DNA of 59,547 bases from Candidatus Omnitrophota bacterium (GTDB taxonomy: Bacteria; Omnitrophota; Gorgyraeia; 2-02-FULL-51-18): NCBI GenBank assembly GCA_016197155.1, contig JACPWF010000034.1, positions 1 through 59,547 on the forward strand, in the 5' to 3' direction. The position numbers and the translations under genes were made by a program. The stretch's first letter is position 1, and every line of letters starts with the position of its first letter. Positions 1 through 9,660 of this stretch are shown in pieces. The notes beneath the pieces were generated by a model, which was given only the letters and a program-made list of their open reading frames with translations, ran no database searches and was not told the DNA's origin.

Positions 1-65
1 ATTTGTACCACGGCCGGATCAAGGCGTTCGCCGACGCCGCGCGCGAAGCGGGACTTTCATTTTAA
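1..65 (+). CDS. rplR: 50S ribosomal protein L18, C-terminal fragment (starts upstream of window)
   Basis: Frame 3 reads LYHGRIKAFADAAREAGLSF*, the conserved L18 C-terminus. It lies directly upstream of rpsE, as in spc operons. Confidence 0.7.
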   Translation, partial: LYHGRIKAFADAAREAGLSF

Positions 66-83
66 AAAAGAGGGGTCGTTCGA

Positions 84-707
84 GTGGAAAATAAAGATTT
101 TAAATCCAAAGCCAAGGCCAAACCGGCCGTCAAGTCCGAGACCCTTCAGGCCCCGGTCGGTCAGGCGGCCGTGGTGGCCGTGACCGAGGAAGTCGCGGAG
201 ACGATCAAAAAACCCGGCCTTCCGGCGCGCCATTCCAGAAGGCCTTTCCGGAACGAAGGGCCGCAGGAATTCGCGGAGAAGGTCGTGGCCGTCAACCGCG
301 TGGCCAAGGTCGTCAAAGGCGGCAAGCGGTTTTCGTTCAGCGCGCTCGTGGTGGTCGGCGATTTCAAGGGCCGCGTGGGTTTCGCGCTCGGCAAGGCCAA
401 CGAGGTCCAGGACGCGATCAAAAAAGGTATTTTTCAGGCCAAGAAAACTTTTTTCAAGGTGCCGCTCAAGGGCACGACGATCCCGCACGAGGTGATCGGG
501 CATTTCGGCGCCGCGCGCGTTTTGATGAAGCCCGCGATGCCGGGGACGGGCGTCATTTCGGGGGGCGCCGTGCGCGCCATTTGCGAATCGGCGGGGATCA
601 AGGACATTTTGACCAAGTCGCTCGGGTCCGACAACGCGATCAACGTCGTGCGCGCGACCTGTGACGGTTTGAAAAGACTGATGGGGCCGGCCGATGCCGC
701 TCAATAA
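84..707 (+). CDS. rpsE: 30S ribosomal protein S5 with about 45-aa Lys/Ala-rich N-terminal extension
   Basis: The ORF has a GTG start. The core [27 protein letters not shown]...[13 protein letters not shown] is typical S5, and the operon context fits. Confidence 0.9.
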   Translation: MENKDFKSKAKAKPAVKSETLQAPVGQAAVVAVTEEVAETIKKPGLPARHSRRPFRNEGPQEFAEKVVAVNRVAKVVKGGKRFSFSALVVVGDFKGRVGFALGKANEVQDAIKKGIFQAKKTFFKVPLKGTTIPHEVIGHFGAARVLMKPAMPGTGVISGGAVRAICESAGIKDILTKSLGSDNAINVVRATCDGLKRLMGPADAAQ

Positions 708-1146
708 TTTAAAAAGACCCCGGGGCTCGAAGAAGAGGCCCAAGATCGTGGGCCGCGGCCGCGGCTCGGGACACGGGAAGACATCGGGCCGGGGAAACAA
801 GGGGCAAAACGCGCGCGCCTCCGGCGGAGTCCGTCCGGGTTTTGAGGGCGGGCAGATGCCGCTGATCCGCAGGGTGCCCAAGCGGGGTTTTACATTCACC
901 CCGAAGGCCAAATACCAGATCGTGCCGCTCGAGCGTTTGAGCGGTTTTGCGTCCGGCGCGGAGGTCACGCCGGAAATTTTGCATCAGGCCGAGGTGATCG
1001 GCAAAAAAAATTTTCCCGTTAAAATTTTGGGCGACGGCGATCTGAAGCACGCGCTGAAAATAAAGGCGCACGCGTTTTCAAAGTCGGCGCTCGAGAAAAT
1101 CAAAAAGGCGGGCGGCACCGCGGAAGTGATCGGGCGGACCCGGTAA
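694..1146 (+). CDS. rplO: 50S ribosomal protein L15
   Basis: [38 protein letters not shown] is the L15 signature. The gene overlaps the rpsE end by 14 nt. Confidence 0.9.
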   Translation: MPLNNLKRPRGSKKRPKIVGRGRGSGHGKTSGRGNKGQNARASGGVRPGFEGGQMPLIRRVPKRGFTFTPKAKYQIVPLERLSGFASGAEVTPEILHQAEVIGKKNFPVKILGDGDLKHALKIKAHAFSKSALEKIKKAGGTAEVIGRTR

Positions 1147-2505
1147 ATGCTTCAGGCATTCGCGAATTCGTTTAAAATTCCGGATCTCCGAAGAAAACTT
1201 TTGGTCACGTTCGGCATCATCGCGGTGTATCGCTTTGGCACCTACATCCCGACACCCGGGATCGACGGCGCGAAGCTCGCGGTGTTCTTTGACAATCTGG
1301 CGCGCACGCAGGGCGGCACCCTTTTCGGGATGATGAATCTCTTTTCGGGGGGCGCGATTCACCGGCTCACGATCTTCGCGCTCGGGATCATGCCGTACAT
1401 CTCAAGCTCCATCATCATGCAGCTTTTGACCGTGGTGATCCCGGCGCTCGAAAAACTGGCCAAAGAGGGCCAGACCGGCTACAAAAAAATCAATCAGTAC
1501 ACGCGCTACGGAACGATTGTTTTATCCGTCATCCAGTCGTTTTTCATCGCGCTTTGGCTGGAAAACCCGAGCCGTTTCGGCGGGCTCCAGATCGTGGAGT
1601 TTCCCGGATGGCCGTTTCGGCTTTTGACGGTGCTCACGCTGACCACCGGGTCGGCGTTCATCATGTGGCTGGGCGAACAGATCCAGGAGAAGGGCATCGG
1701 AAACGGGATGTCGCTCATCGTGGCGGCGGGTATTTTGTCGCGCGCGCCGACGGCGGTTTTTCAGATCATCGCCCTCATGCGGCCGGGACAGTCCGCGCGC
1801 GGGCAGATGGATATCCTGACGGTCGGTTTCATGCTCGTCATCATGGTCGCGGCGGTGGTCGCGACGGTTCAGCTCACGCAGGGTGAGCGGAAAATTCCCG
1901 TTCAATACGCCAAGCGCGTGGTCGGCCGCAAGGTGTTCGGGGGCCAGTCGACCTTTATTCCATTCAAGGTGAATAACGGCGGCGTCATGCCGATCATCTT
2001 CGCGCAGTCGATCGTGCTTTTTCCGGCGACGATCGGCGTGTTTGTCCCGAACCGGTTCATCCAGCAGGCGGCCGCGGCCCTGTCGCATCAAAACGCGGGT
2101 TACATGATCCTGATCGTGCTCCTCATTGTTTTCTTCAGTTATTTTTATACCGCGATCGCGTTCAATCCGGTGGACGTCGCGGAGAACATGAAAAAATACG
2201 GCGGTTTCATTCCGGGCGTGCGGCCGGGCAAGCCGACGTCGGATTTTTTTGATTTCATCATCAACCGCATCACGCTACCGGGCGGGATATTTCTCGCGCT
2301 CATCGCGATCGCGCCGGACTTGATCGGGAAATGGCTCAACATTCCGAATCAGGTCGCGGACTTTTTCGGCGGCACGGCGCTTCTCATCGTGGTCGGCGTG
2401 AGTCTCGACACGATCAAGCAGATCGAGTCCCAGCTTCTCATGCGGCACTATGAGGGGTTCATGAAGCGCGGCCGGATCCGCGGCAGGCAGCAGAGGTCTT
2501 TTTGA
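1147..2505 (+). CDS. secY: preprotein translocase subunit SecY
   Basis: A 452-aa multi-TM protein with SecY motifs (GIMPYISSSIIMQLL, GNGMSLI). It sits at the canonical position after rplO. Confidence 0.95.
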   Translation: MLQAFANSFKIPDLRRKLLVTFGIIAVYRFGTYIPTPGIDGAKLAVFFDNLARTQGGTLFGMMNLFSGGAIHRLTIFALGIMPYISSSIIMQLLTVVIPALEKLAKEGQTGYKKINQYTRYGTIVLSVIQSFFIALWLENPSRFGGLQIVEFPGWPFRLLTVLTLTTGSAFIMWLGEQIQEKGIGNGMSLIVAAGILSRAPTAVFQIIALMRPGQSARGQMDILTVGFMLVIMVAAVVATVQLTQGERKIPVQYAKRVVGRKVFGGQSTFIPFKVNNGGVMPIIFAQSIVLFPATIGVFVPNRFIQQAAAALSHQNAGYMILIVLLIVFFSYFYTAIAFNPVDVAENMKKYGGFIPGVRPGKPTSDFFDFIINRITLPGGIFLALIAIAPDLIGKWLNIPNQVADFFGGTALLIVVGVSLDTIKQIESQLLMRHYEGFMKRGRIRGRQQRSF

Positions 2506-3188
2506 GATTAGTCCTTTTGGGGCCTCCGGGCGCGGGCAAGGGCACGCACGCGCAGGTTCTTTCCAAAGAGTTTGGCGTCGCGCATGTCTCGACGGGAGAC
2601 ATGCTGAGAGAGGCCTTGAAGGCGGCGACCCCGCTGGGGTTAAAGGCCAAGGCCACCATGGAAAAGGGGCTCCTCGTGCCGGATGACGTGGTGATCGCGC
2701 TCGTGCGCGAAAGGCTTTCCGGGCCCGACGCGAAAAAAGGTTTTATTCTCGACGGGTTTCCGCGCACGCCGGAGCAGGCCAGGAGCTTGGACGCGACACT
2801 GCGGGATCTGGACATGCCGCTCTCGCTCGTCCTTTATTTTAAAACGAGCCTGCCGGTGATTATCCGGCGGCTCTCGGGGCGGCGCGTGTGCGGCGCGTGC
2901 GGGAAAAATTATCACCTCCTTAATTTTAAGCCCAAGGCCGAGGGGATTTGCGACGCCTGCGGCGGCAAACTCGTTCAGCGTCCCGATGACCGCGAGGAAA
3001 CGATCGAAAACCGGCTCAAAGTTTACGAAGCGGAGACGACGCCGCTCATTGATTATTATCAAAAATTGAAACTCCTGACGCAGGTTTCGGGAGACTTGGA
3101 AGTGCGGGAATTGAATCGCGATCTGTTGGACGTGTTTCGCCGGAAAGGCTTGCTTGGGCCTGGAGTTAAAGACCCCCAAAGAGCTTGA
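2502..3188 (+). CDS. adk: adenylate kinase (Zn-lid type)
   Basis: P-loop GPPGAGKGT, and a lid with CGACGKNYH...CDACGG. TTG start overlapping the secY stop. Confidence 0.95.
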   Translation: MRLVLLGPPGAGKGTHAQVLSKEFGVAHVSTGDMLREALKAATPLGLKAKATMEKGLLVPDDVVIALVRERLSGPDAKKGFILDGFPRTPEQARSLDATLRDLDMPLSLVLYFKTSLPVIIRRLSGRRVCGACGKNYHLLNFKPKAEGICDACGGKLVQRPDDREETIENRLKVYEAETTPLIDYYQKLKLLTQVSGDLEVRELNRDLLDVFRRKGLLGPGVKDPQRA

Positions 3189-3900
3189 GATCATGCGCCG
3201 CGCGGGCCGCGTGGTGGCGGGGCTTCTCCGGTTTCTGGAGACCCAGGCGCGTCCCGGGGTGACGACGAAGCGGCTTGATGTTCTGGCCGAAGATTTTATC
3301 CGTTCGCAGGGAGCCGAGCCGGCGTTTAAAGGGTACTACGGGTACCCGGCCAGTATTTGTACCTCGGTGAACGAAGGCGTGGTGCACGGCATCCCGAACG
3401 ACCGGGCGCTCGAGGAGGGCGACATTGTCGGCGTCGACGTCGGGGTGAAGCTCGACGGCTATTATTCGGACGCCGCCAGAACCTTCGCGATCGGCGAAAT
3501 TGACAAAGAAAGCCGGCGGCTCGTGGACGCGACGCGCGAGGCGATGAGGCGCGGGATCGCCAAGGCCGTGGAGGGGAATCGCCTCTCGGATATTTCCTGG
3601 GCGGTTCAAAGCTACGCCGAGGGAAACGGGTTCTCGGTGGTGCGGCAGTACGTGGGCCACGGCATCGGCCGGAACCTGCACGAGGAACCGCAGGTGCCGA
3701 ATTTCGGAAGGCCCGGTCAGGGGCCGAGGCTCGTCGAGGGAATGACGCTGGCGATCGAGCCCATGATCAACGCGGGCACCGAAGAGGTCGAGACGCTTCT
3801 TGACGGGTGGACGGTGATCACGAAGGACCGCCGGCGCTCGGCCCATTTTGAACAAACCGTTTTTGTGGGAAAAACGGCGCCGGAAATTGTGACAGAATAA
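3154..3900 (+). CDS. map: type I methionine aminopeptidase
   Basis: [16 protein letters not shown]...HGIP...DVG...GHGIG...LAIEPM metal-ligand pattern. The start is uncertain (3154 or ATG 3193). Confidence 0.9.
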   Translation: MGLELKTPKELEIMRRAGRVVAGLLRFLETQARPGVTTKRLDVLAEDFIRSQGAEPAFKGYYGYPASICTSVNEGVVHGIPNDRALEEGDIVGVDVGVKLDGYYSDAARTFAIGEIDKESRRLVDATREAMRRGIAKAVEGNRLSDISWAVQSYAEGNGFSVVRQYVGHGIGRNLHEEPQVPNFGRPGQGPRLVEGMTLAIEPMINAGTEEVETLLDGWTVITKDRRRSAHFEQTVFVGKTAPEIVTE

Positions 3901-3908
3901 AAGGAGCC

Positions 3909-4127
3909 ATGTCTAAAGAGGAAGCCGTTCAAGTCGAGGGGATCGTGGCCGAGGCGTTGCCGAACGCCATGTTCCGCGTGGAACTGCAGAACCAGCACAA
4001 GGTGCTGGCGCATGTCTCGGGAAAGATGCGGATGAATTTTATCCGGATCCTTCCGGGCGACAAGGTGATGCTCGAGCTGTCGCCGTATGATTTGACCAGG
4101 GGCCGGATCATTTACAGGGTGAAATAA
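3909..4127 (+). CDS. infA: translation initiation factor IF-1
   Basis: The 72-aa protein has [45 protein letters not shown], a canonical IF-1 sequence. Confidence 0.95.
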   Translation: MSKEEAVQVEGIVAEALPNAMFRVELQNQHKVLAHVSGKMRMNFIRILPGDKVMLELSPYDLTRGRIIYRVK

Positions 4128-4241
4128 ATGAAAGTCAGAAGCAGTGTTAAAAAAATTTGTGACCATTGCAAAATCGTCCGCCGCAAGCGTGTCGTGCGGG
4201 TGATTTGCTCGAATCCCAAACACAAGCAAAGACAAGGATAG
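4128..4241 (+). CDS. rpmJ: 50S ribosomal protein L36
   Basis: Not in the ORF track because it is under 60 aa. My translation is [37 protein letters not shown]. The ATG abuts the infA stop. Confidence 0.9.
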   Translation: MKVRSSVKKICDHCKIVRRKRVVRVICSNPKHKQRQG

Positions 4242-4244
4242 ACC

Positions 4245-4664
4245 ATGCCAAGAATCGTCGGGGTGGACATCCCCAAAGAGAAAAAAATTTTCGTGGCGCT
4301 GGGCTACATTTACGGCATCGGCCGGCCCGCCGCGATCAAGATCTTGAAACAGGCGGGTATCAGCCCCGATGTCCGGGCCAAGAACCTGACCGAGGACGAG
4401 GTGTCGCGGATCACCACGATCATCCAAAAAGACTACCGCACCGAGGGGACTCTCCGGCGCGAGATCTCGGTCAACATCAAGCGGCTCATGGACATCCAGT
4501 CCTATCGCGGCATGCGGCACAAACGGGGACTGCCGGTGCACGGCCAGCGCACGCGCACCAACGCCCGCACGCGGAAAGGTCCGAAGAAAACCATCGGCGC
4601 GCAGAGAAAGAAAGAGACCCCGGCGGCCAAGCCCGCGGCCGCCCCCGAGGGCAAAAAGGCTTAA
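4245..4664 (+). CDS. rpsM: 30S ribosomal protein S13 (Lys/Ala-rich C-terminal tail)
   Basis: [26 protein letters not shown]...[19 protein letters not shown] is typical S13. Confidence 0.95.
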   Translation: MPRIVGVDIPKEKKIFVALGYIYGIGRPAAIKILKQAGISPDVRAKNLTEDEVSRITTIIQKDYRTEGTLRREISVNIKRLMDIQSYRGMRHKRGLPVHGQRTRTNARTRKGPKKTIGAQRKKETPAAKPAAAPEGKKA

Positions 4665-4690
4665 ACCGTTAAGGAGGTTAGACAGGTCCA

Positions 4691-5083
4691 GTGGCAAAGA
4701 CAAAAAAATTTAAATCACGCAAGAAAATACTCCGCAGTGTGAGCGAAGGGGTCGCGCATATTTTGGCGACGTTCAACAACACGCTCGTCACGATCACCGA
4801 CCGCGGGGGGAACGTGCTCGTCTGGGCGAGCTGTGGCTCGGCCGGATTTTCGGGCTCGAAGAAATCGACCCCGTTCGCCGCTCAGGTGACGGCCGAGTCC
4901 GCCGCCAAGAAAGCGGTGGAGCGCGGAATGAAAACCGTCGAGGTTTATGTGAAAGGGCCGGGTTCGGGCCGGGAATCCGCCATCCGCGCGCTTCAGGCGG
5001 CGGGTCTTTCCATCAGCCTCATCAAGGACGTGACGCCCATTCCTCACAACGGGTGCCGCCCTCCGAAGAGAAGGAGAGTCTAA
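4691..5083 (+). CDS. rpsK: 30S ribosomal protein S11
   Basis: [24 protein letters not shown]...[11 protein letters not shown] signature. GTG start after AAGGAGG. Confidence 0.95.
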   Translation: MAKTKKFKSRKKILRSVSEGVAHILATFNNTLVTITDRGGNVLVWASCGSAGFSGSKKSTPFAAQVTAESAAKKAVERGMKTVEVYVKGPGSGRESAIRALQAAGLSISLIKDVTPIPHNGCRPPKRRRV

Positions 5084-5709
5084 TGGGACGTTATCACGCA
5101 TCGGTGTGCCGGTTGTGCCGCCGCGAAAAAATGAAATTGTTCCTCAAAGGCTCGCGCTGTTACACGCCCAAGTGCGCGGTGGAGAAGCGGGAATACGTGC
5201 CCGGCATGCACGGCCAGGGCCGCCAGAAACTTTCCGATTATGGCGTTCAGTTGCGCGAAAAACAAAAGGTGAAAAGAATTTACGGCGTCCTCGAGAAGCA
5301 GTTCAAATTTTATTTCAAAAAAGCCGGCCGGTCCAAAGGGGTCACGGGCGCGGCTCTCCTGACGACTCTGGAGCGGCGACTGGACAACGTGATCTACCGG
5401 ATGGCGATGGCCGCCTCGCGTTCCGAGGCCCGGCAGGTCGTGAAACACGGCCACGTCACGGTGAACGACAGGGGCGTCAATATCCCTTCCTTTTCCGTCA
5501 GCGTCGGCGACGTCATCGCGGTCAAGGGCAGTGACAAGATGAAGGAGCGCTTCAAAGCGGTGCTCGAACAGACCAAAGACCAGAAAAGGGCGGAGTGGCT
5601 CGAGGTCGACGCGGCCGCGTTTAAGGCCAAGGTGAAAAAACTTCCTGAGCGCAGGGATGTTCAGATGCCGATCCAGGAACAGCTGATCGTCGAACTTTAT
5701 TCAAAATGA
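5083..5709 (+). CDS. rpsD: 30S ribosomal protein S4
   Basis: The true start is taken at [23 protein letters not shown] (ATG 5083, overlapping the rpsK TAA). The ORF-track start at 5053 lies inside rpsK. Confidence 0.9.
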   Translation: MGRYHASVCRLCRREKMKLFLKGSRCYTPKCAVEKREYVPGMHGQGRQKLSDYGVQLREKQKVKRIYGVLEKQFKFYFKKAGRSKGVTGAALLTTLERRLDNVIYRMAMAASRSEARQVVKHGHVTVNDRGVNIPSFSVSVGDVIAVKGSDKMKERFKAVLEQTKDQKRAEWLEVDAAAFKAKVKKLPERRDVQMPIQEQLIVELYSK

Positions 5710-5778
5710 AGCGAGCAAACGCGAGCTTCATCCCGAGCGAAGTCGAGGGATCAAAAGTTTAAAGAGGAGACAAATAAA

Positions 5779-6786
5779 ATGGGAATTGCGCTGAGGTCAT
5801 TTGAAATACCCAAGAAACTCGAATGCGACGAGGAGTCGCTCACGGACCTGTACGGAAAGTTTGTCGCGGAGCCCTTTGAGAGAGGCTACGGCGTCACGAT
5901 CGGCAACTCCCTGCGCCGGGTCCTTTTGTCGTCGCTCGAAGGCGCGGCGGTGACCTCGATCAAAGTGGAGGGGGCCGCGCACGAGTTCGCGACGGTTCCG
6001 GGCGTCGTCGAGGACATGACGGAAATCATTTTGAACGTGAAGAGCCTGGTCCTTCGTTCCCACACCCGCGCGCCGAAGACCCTGAAAATCGAGGTGAGCC
6101 AAAAAAGGGCGATCACGGCCAAGGACATCGAGACCGACGACACGGTGGAGATCATCAATCCCGATCTCCACATCGCGACCCTGACCAAAAATGTGCCGTT
6201 CCGCATGGAGCTCGAGGTCCAAAAGGGCCGCGGCTACGTGCCGGCCGACCGGAACAAAAAAGAGGGCCAGCCCATCGGCGTCATCGCCGTCGATTCGATC
6301 TTTACCCCCGTGAAGAAAGTGAACTTTCACGTCGAAGACACGCGCGTCGGGCAGATGACCGATTACGACAAGCTGATCCTGGAAGTGTGGACCAACGGGA
6401 GCATTTCGCCGAAGGACGCGATCCTCTACGCCTCGAATATTTTCCAGAGGCACCTGGACGTGTTCGTGAATTTCGGAAAACTGCCCGAGGAAGACCTGGT
6501 CGCCGAGGTTTCGGACGACACCCAGAAGGAGCTCTACAAGCGTTTGGCCCAGCCGGTTTCGGAGCTGGAGCTCTCGGTGAGGAGCGCCAATTGCCTCCGC
6601 GAGGCCCACATCAAGACCATCGGGGAGCTTGTGAAAAAAACGGAAATGGAAATGCTGAAGTACCGGAATTTCGGCAAGAAATCGCTGACGGAGATCACGA
6701 ATATTCTGAAGGAAATGAACCTGCATTTCGGGATGGCCGTGGACTTGGAGAAGCTCGGGGCCTACACCGGCGAAGAGGCCGCGTGA
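5779..6786 (+). CDS. rpoA: DNA-directed RNA polymerase subunit alpha
   Basis: 335 aa with an AAGAGGAG Shine-Dalgarno. The N-terminal domain has GNSLRRVLLSS and the C-terminal domain has ELSVRSANCL. Confidence 0.95.
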   Translation: MGIALRSFEIPKKLECDEESLTDLYGKFVAEPFERGYGVTIGNSLRRVLLSSLEGAAVTSIKVEGAAHEFATVPGVVEDMTEIILNVKSLVLRSHTRAPKTLKIEVSQKRAITAKDIETDDTVEIINPDLHIATLTKNVPFRMELEVQKGRGYVPADRNKKEGQPIGVIAVDSIFTPVKKVNFHVEDTRVGQMTDYDKLILEVWTNGSISPKDAILYASNIFQRHLDVFVNFGKLPEEDLVAEVSDDTQKELYKRLAQPVSELELSVRSANCLREAHIKTIGELVKKTEMEMLKYRNFGKKSLTEITNILKEMNLHFGMAVDLEKLGAYTGEEAA

Positions 6787-7316
6787 GACACAACCGTCAA
6801 ACCCATCGCCTGGGAAGAAATCCCAAGGAGCGCCAGGCTCTTTTGGAGAATCTGGTTTCGAGCCTGCTCGTCCGGCAGGCCATCAAGACCACTTTGCAGA
6901 AGGCCAAGGCCGCTCAGCGCCTGGCGGACCGCGTGATTTCTCTGGGCAAAAAAGAAACGCTGGCCGCCCGCCGGCAGGCATTTGCCTACCTGCAGGATCA
7001 CCAACTCACCTCCAAACTTTTTAAGGAAGTGGCCCCTCGTTTCAAAAATAGGAACGGCGGTTACACCCGCATCCTGCGCCTTGACCGGCGAAAAGGCGAC
7101 GGCGCGACGCTCGCACTTCTCGAGCTCACGGAAAAAGAGATCCTCGTGAAAGAGGCTCCGAAAAAAGGCAAAAAGGCCGCGAGCCCTCCCGTGCCCGAAA
7201 CGCACGAGCACAAGGAGATGCCCAAACGGCCCGAAGCGAAGTCCGATAAGCCAAAGCCGAAGACCGGTTTTTTCAAGAATCTCAGCCGGTTTTTCAAAAA
7301 TAAGGGCGGGGGTTAA
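6783..7316 (+). CDS. rplQ: 50S ribosomal protein L17 with about 55-aa Lys/Pro-rich C-terminal extension
   Basis: GTG at 6783 overlaps the rpoA TGA and gives VRHNRQTHRLGRNPKERQALLENL. The longer ORF-track frame (6387) overlaps rpoA and is rejected. Confidence 0.85.
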   Translation: MRHNRQTHRLGRNPKERQALLENLVSSLLVRQAIKTTLQKAKAAQRLADRVISLGKKETLAARRQAFAYLQDHQLTSKLFKEVAPRFKNRNGGYTRILRLDRRKGDGATLALLELTEKEILVKEAPKKGKKAASPPVPETHEHKEMPKRPEAKSDKPKPKTGFFKNLSRFFKNKGGG

Positions 7317-7355
7317 TAAAGGGATCAACCCCTTGTTTGGCGGGAATGACAGATT

Positions 7356-7388
7356 AAAAAATTGCCTCTAAATGGGGCAATTTTTTTG
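7356..7388 (+). terminator. intrinsic terminator after rplQ
   Basis: aaaaaATTGCCtctaaatgGGCAATttttttt: a stem plus T-run immediately after the alpha operon. Confidence 0.65.
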
Positions 7389-7405
7389 TTATAATTGACC
7401 CTCCT

Positions 7406-8575
7406 ATGAAAATTTCCGAGCGAATGAAACAGGTGTCTCCGTCGGCGACGCTGAAACTCACCGCCAAGGCCAAAGAAATGAAAGCGAAGGGCCTGCCGGT
7501 CGTGAATTTCGGCGCCGGAGAGCCGGATTTTGACACGCCCGACCCCGTGAAAGAAGAGGGGGCAAGGGCCCTCCGCGCGGGTTTCACGAAGTACACGCCG
7601 ACCTCGGGGATCCCGGAACTGCGCGAGGCCGTGCGCAAAAAATTTGAAGAAGACCAGGGCCTGAAATATTCCGCCGAAAATGTCGTCATCTCCTGCGGCG
7701 CCAAGCACTCGCTTTACAATTTGATCCAGGTGCTTTGCGATCCGGGCGATGAGGTGATCGTCCCTTCGCCGTACTGGGTGAGCTACCCCGAGATGGTGCG
7801 CCTCGCCGGCGGCAAACCGGTTTTTGCCCAGACGTCGCAGAACGAAAGTTTCAGATTGACCGCGGAGGAATTAAAAAAAGCGCTCACGTCGCGCACCAAG
7901 ATTCTCATTTTGAACAGCCCCTCGAATCCGACCGGCGGGATTTTGGAGGAGAAGGATCTGAGGGCGCTGGCGGATCTTGTGGTCAAGCACGACCTGGTTT
8001 GCATCAGCGACGAGATCTACGAATATTATATTTACAATGGCTTAAAACACGTCTCGATCGCCTCGCTCGGCGAAGAAATCAAAAAACGCACGTTCGTCGT
8101 GAACGGCGCTTCAAAAAGTTATTCGATGACGGGCCTGCGCATCGGGTATCTCGCCGGCGACGCCGAGGTCGTGAAAAAAATCGGGATCCTGCAGGACCAT
8201 TCGACGTCCAATCCGTCATCGGTGAGCCAGAAAATGGCCGTGGCGGCGCTCGCACTTCCCAAAAGTTACCGCGCGGGCGTGCGGGACCTTTTTCAAAAAA
8301 GAAGCGTCCTCATGCAGAGTCTTTTTCAGCGCGCGAAGGGATTCAAACCGTTCAAACCCGAGGGCGCTTTCTACATTTTTTGCGACATTGAAAAAACGGG
8401 CCTTTCCTCCGAGCGGCTGTGCGAGCGGCTTCTGGAAGAGGCGAATGTGGCGGTGATCCCGGGGAAAAGTTTCGGGTCGGACCGGCACGCGCGTTTCAGT
8501 TTCGCGTGCGGCGAAAAGGACATCGAGGAAGGGATGAGGCGCGTCATCGACTGGTCGGAGAAAAACGTAAAATGA
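7406..8575 (+). CDS. aspartate aminotransferase (class I, PLP-dependent)
   Basis: [19 protein letters not shown] and the PLP-lysine motif [22 protein letters not shown] lies at 7390-7395, only 10 nt before the ATG. Confidence 0.85.
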   Translation: MKISERMKQVSPSATLKLTAKAKEMKAKGLPVVNFGAGEPDFDTPDPVKEEGARALRAGFTKYTPTSGIPELREAVRKKFEEDQGLKYSAENVVISCGAKHSLYNLIQVLCDPGDEVIVPSPYWVSYPEMVRLAGGKPVFAQTSQNESFRLTAEELKKALTSRTKILILNSPSNPTGGILEEKDLRALADLVVKHDLVCISDEIYEYYIYNGLKHVSIASLGEEIKKRTFVVNGASKSYSMTGLRIGYLAGDAEVVKKIGILQDHSTSNPSSVSQKMAVAALALPKSYRAGVRDLFQKRSVLMQSLFQRAKGFKPFKPEGAFYIFCDIEKTGLSSERLCERLLEEANVAVIPGKSFGSDRHARFSFACGEKDIEEGMRRVIDWSEKNVK

Positions 8576-9657
8576 AACGCAAAGTGACGCTGATCCCCGG
8601 GGACGGGATCGGGCCCGAAGTGTCGCTCGCCGCGCGGCGCTGTATCGAGGCGACGGGAGTGGCCATCGATTGGGAGATCGCCGAGGCCGGGAGCGACGTG
8701 ATGGAAAAAAAGGGGACGCCCCTGCCGGATGAGGTGATCGCGTCGGTCCGGAAAAACAAGATCGCGATCAAAGGCCCCGTGACGACGCCCGTGGGAAGTG
8801 GCTTCCGGTCGGTGAACGTGGCGCTCCGGAAAGAGCTGGATCTCTTCGCGTGCCTGCGCCCCTGCAAACTTTACGCCGGTGTGAGAGCGCTTCATCCGGC
8901 CATTGACCTCATCATTGTCCGTGAAAACACCGAGGATCTGTACGCGGGGATCGAGTTCGAAGAAAAATCGAAAGAGGCCGCGGCCCTCGTTCAAAAGATC
9001 AAAGAATGGAATCCGAAAGCCAGATTCAACCCCGACCCCGCGATCAGCATCAAACCGATTTCGGAAAGCGCCACGCGGCGCATCGTGCGGTTCGCTTTCG
9101 AGACCGCTCTCAAAAACGGCCGGAAAAAAGTGACCGCGGTCCACAAGGCGAACATCATGAAATGCACGGACGGACTTTTTTTGAGGACGGCCCGGGACGT
9201 CGCGAAGGCCTATGAGGGGAAGATTCAGTTTGAGGACCGCATCGTCGACAACATGTGCATGCAGCTCGTCCAGCGGCCGAACGATTATGACGTGCTGGTT
9301 CTGCCGAATTTGTACGGCGACATTATTTCGGACCTGTGCGCGGGCCTGATCGGGGGCCTCGGGATCGCGCCCGGCGCCAACATCGGCGACGACACGGCCC
9401 TTTTTGAGGCCACGCACGGAAGCGCCCCGAAGTACAAGGGCCTCAACAAGGCCAATCCGACCGCGATGATCCTCTCGGGTGTTCTCATGCTCCGTCACAT
9501 GGGCGAGGCCGCGGCCGCTGACCGTTTGGAAAACGCCGTCGCGAAAGTTTTAAAAGAGGGCCGCTCGGTGACCTATGATTTGAAAGCGGATCGGCACGAC
9601 CCCACGGCCGCCGGCACCAGCCAAATGGCCGATGCGGTCATCCGGGCGATGAAATAA
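8572..9657 (+). CDS. NAD(P)-dependent isocitrate/homoisocitrate dehydrogenase family protein
   Basis: The start is taken at [17 protein letters not shown] (ATGA overlap with the upstream stop). Motifs [13 protein letters not shown] and NLYGDIISD are typical of beta-decarboxylating dehydrogenases. Confidence 0.8.
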   Translation: MKRKVTLIPGDGIGPEVSLAARRCIEATGVAIDWEIAEAGSDVMEKKGTPLPDEVIASVRKNKIAIKGPVTTPVGSGFRSVNVALRKELDLFACLRPCKLYAGVRALHPAIDLIIVRENTEDLYAGIEFEEKSKEAAALVQKIKEWNPKARFNPDPAISIKPISESATRRIVRFAFETALKNGRKKVTAVHKANIMKCTDGLFLRTARDVAKAYEGKIQFEDRIVDNMCMQLVQRPNDYDVLVLPNLYGDIISDLCAGLIGGLGIAPGANIGDDTALFEATHGSAPKYKGLNKANPTAMILSGVLMLRHMGEAAAADRLENAVAKVLKEGRSVTYDLKADRHDPTAAGTSQMADAVIRAMK

Positions 9658-9660
9658 TTT

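Noticed and set aside
57-968. Long antisense or alternative-frame ORFs. Examples are 57-968(-), 3717-4703(-), 5797-6726(-), 8371-9498(-), 14121-15365(-), 28645-29919(-), 36950-37891(-), 22402-22929(-) and 12528-13610(-).
   Set aside because: Each lies fully opposite to, or out of frame with, a gene that has unmistakable family motifs. Their translations are Arg/Pro/Gly-rich low-complexity sequence, as expected from stop-poor frames in GC-rich DNA.
5710-5778. Hairpin-rich rpsD-rpoA spacer as a regulatory RNA.
   Set aside because: It has only short (5-8 bp) imperfect stems. It is mentioned under the palindromic-element finding but is too weak to call as a feature.
6387-6782. N-terminal extensions proposed by the ORF track for rplQ (6387), the IDH-family gene (8419), the GT28 gene (11557), the ArnT-like gene (18228), the oppB-like gene (25371), the oppD-like gene (26695), rpsD (5053) and nrdB (14418).
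   Set aside because: The extensions overlap the preceding, well-supported genes and have no family similarity. Conserved N-termini begin at internal ATG or GTG codons that abut or overlap the upstream stop.
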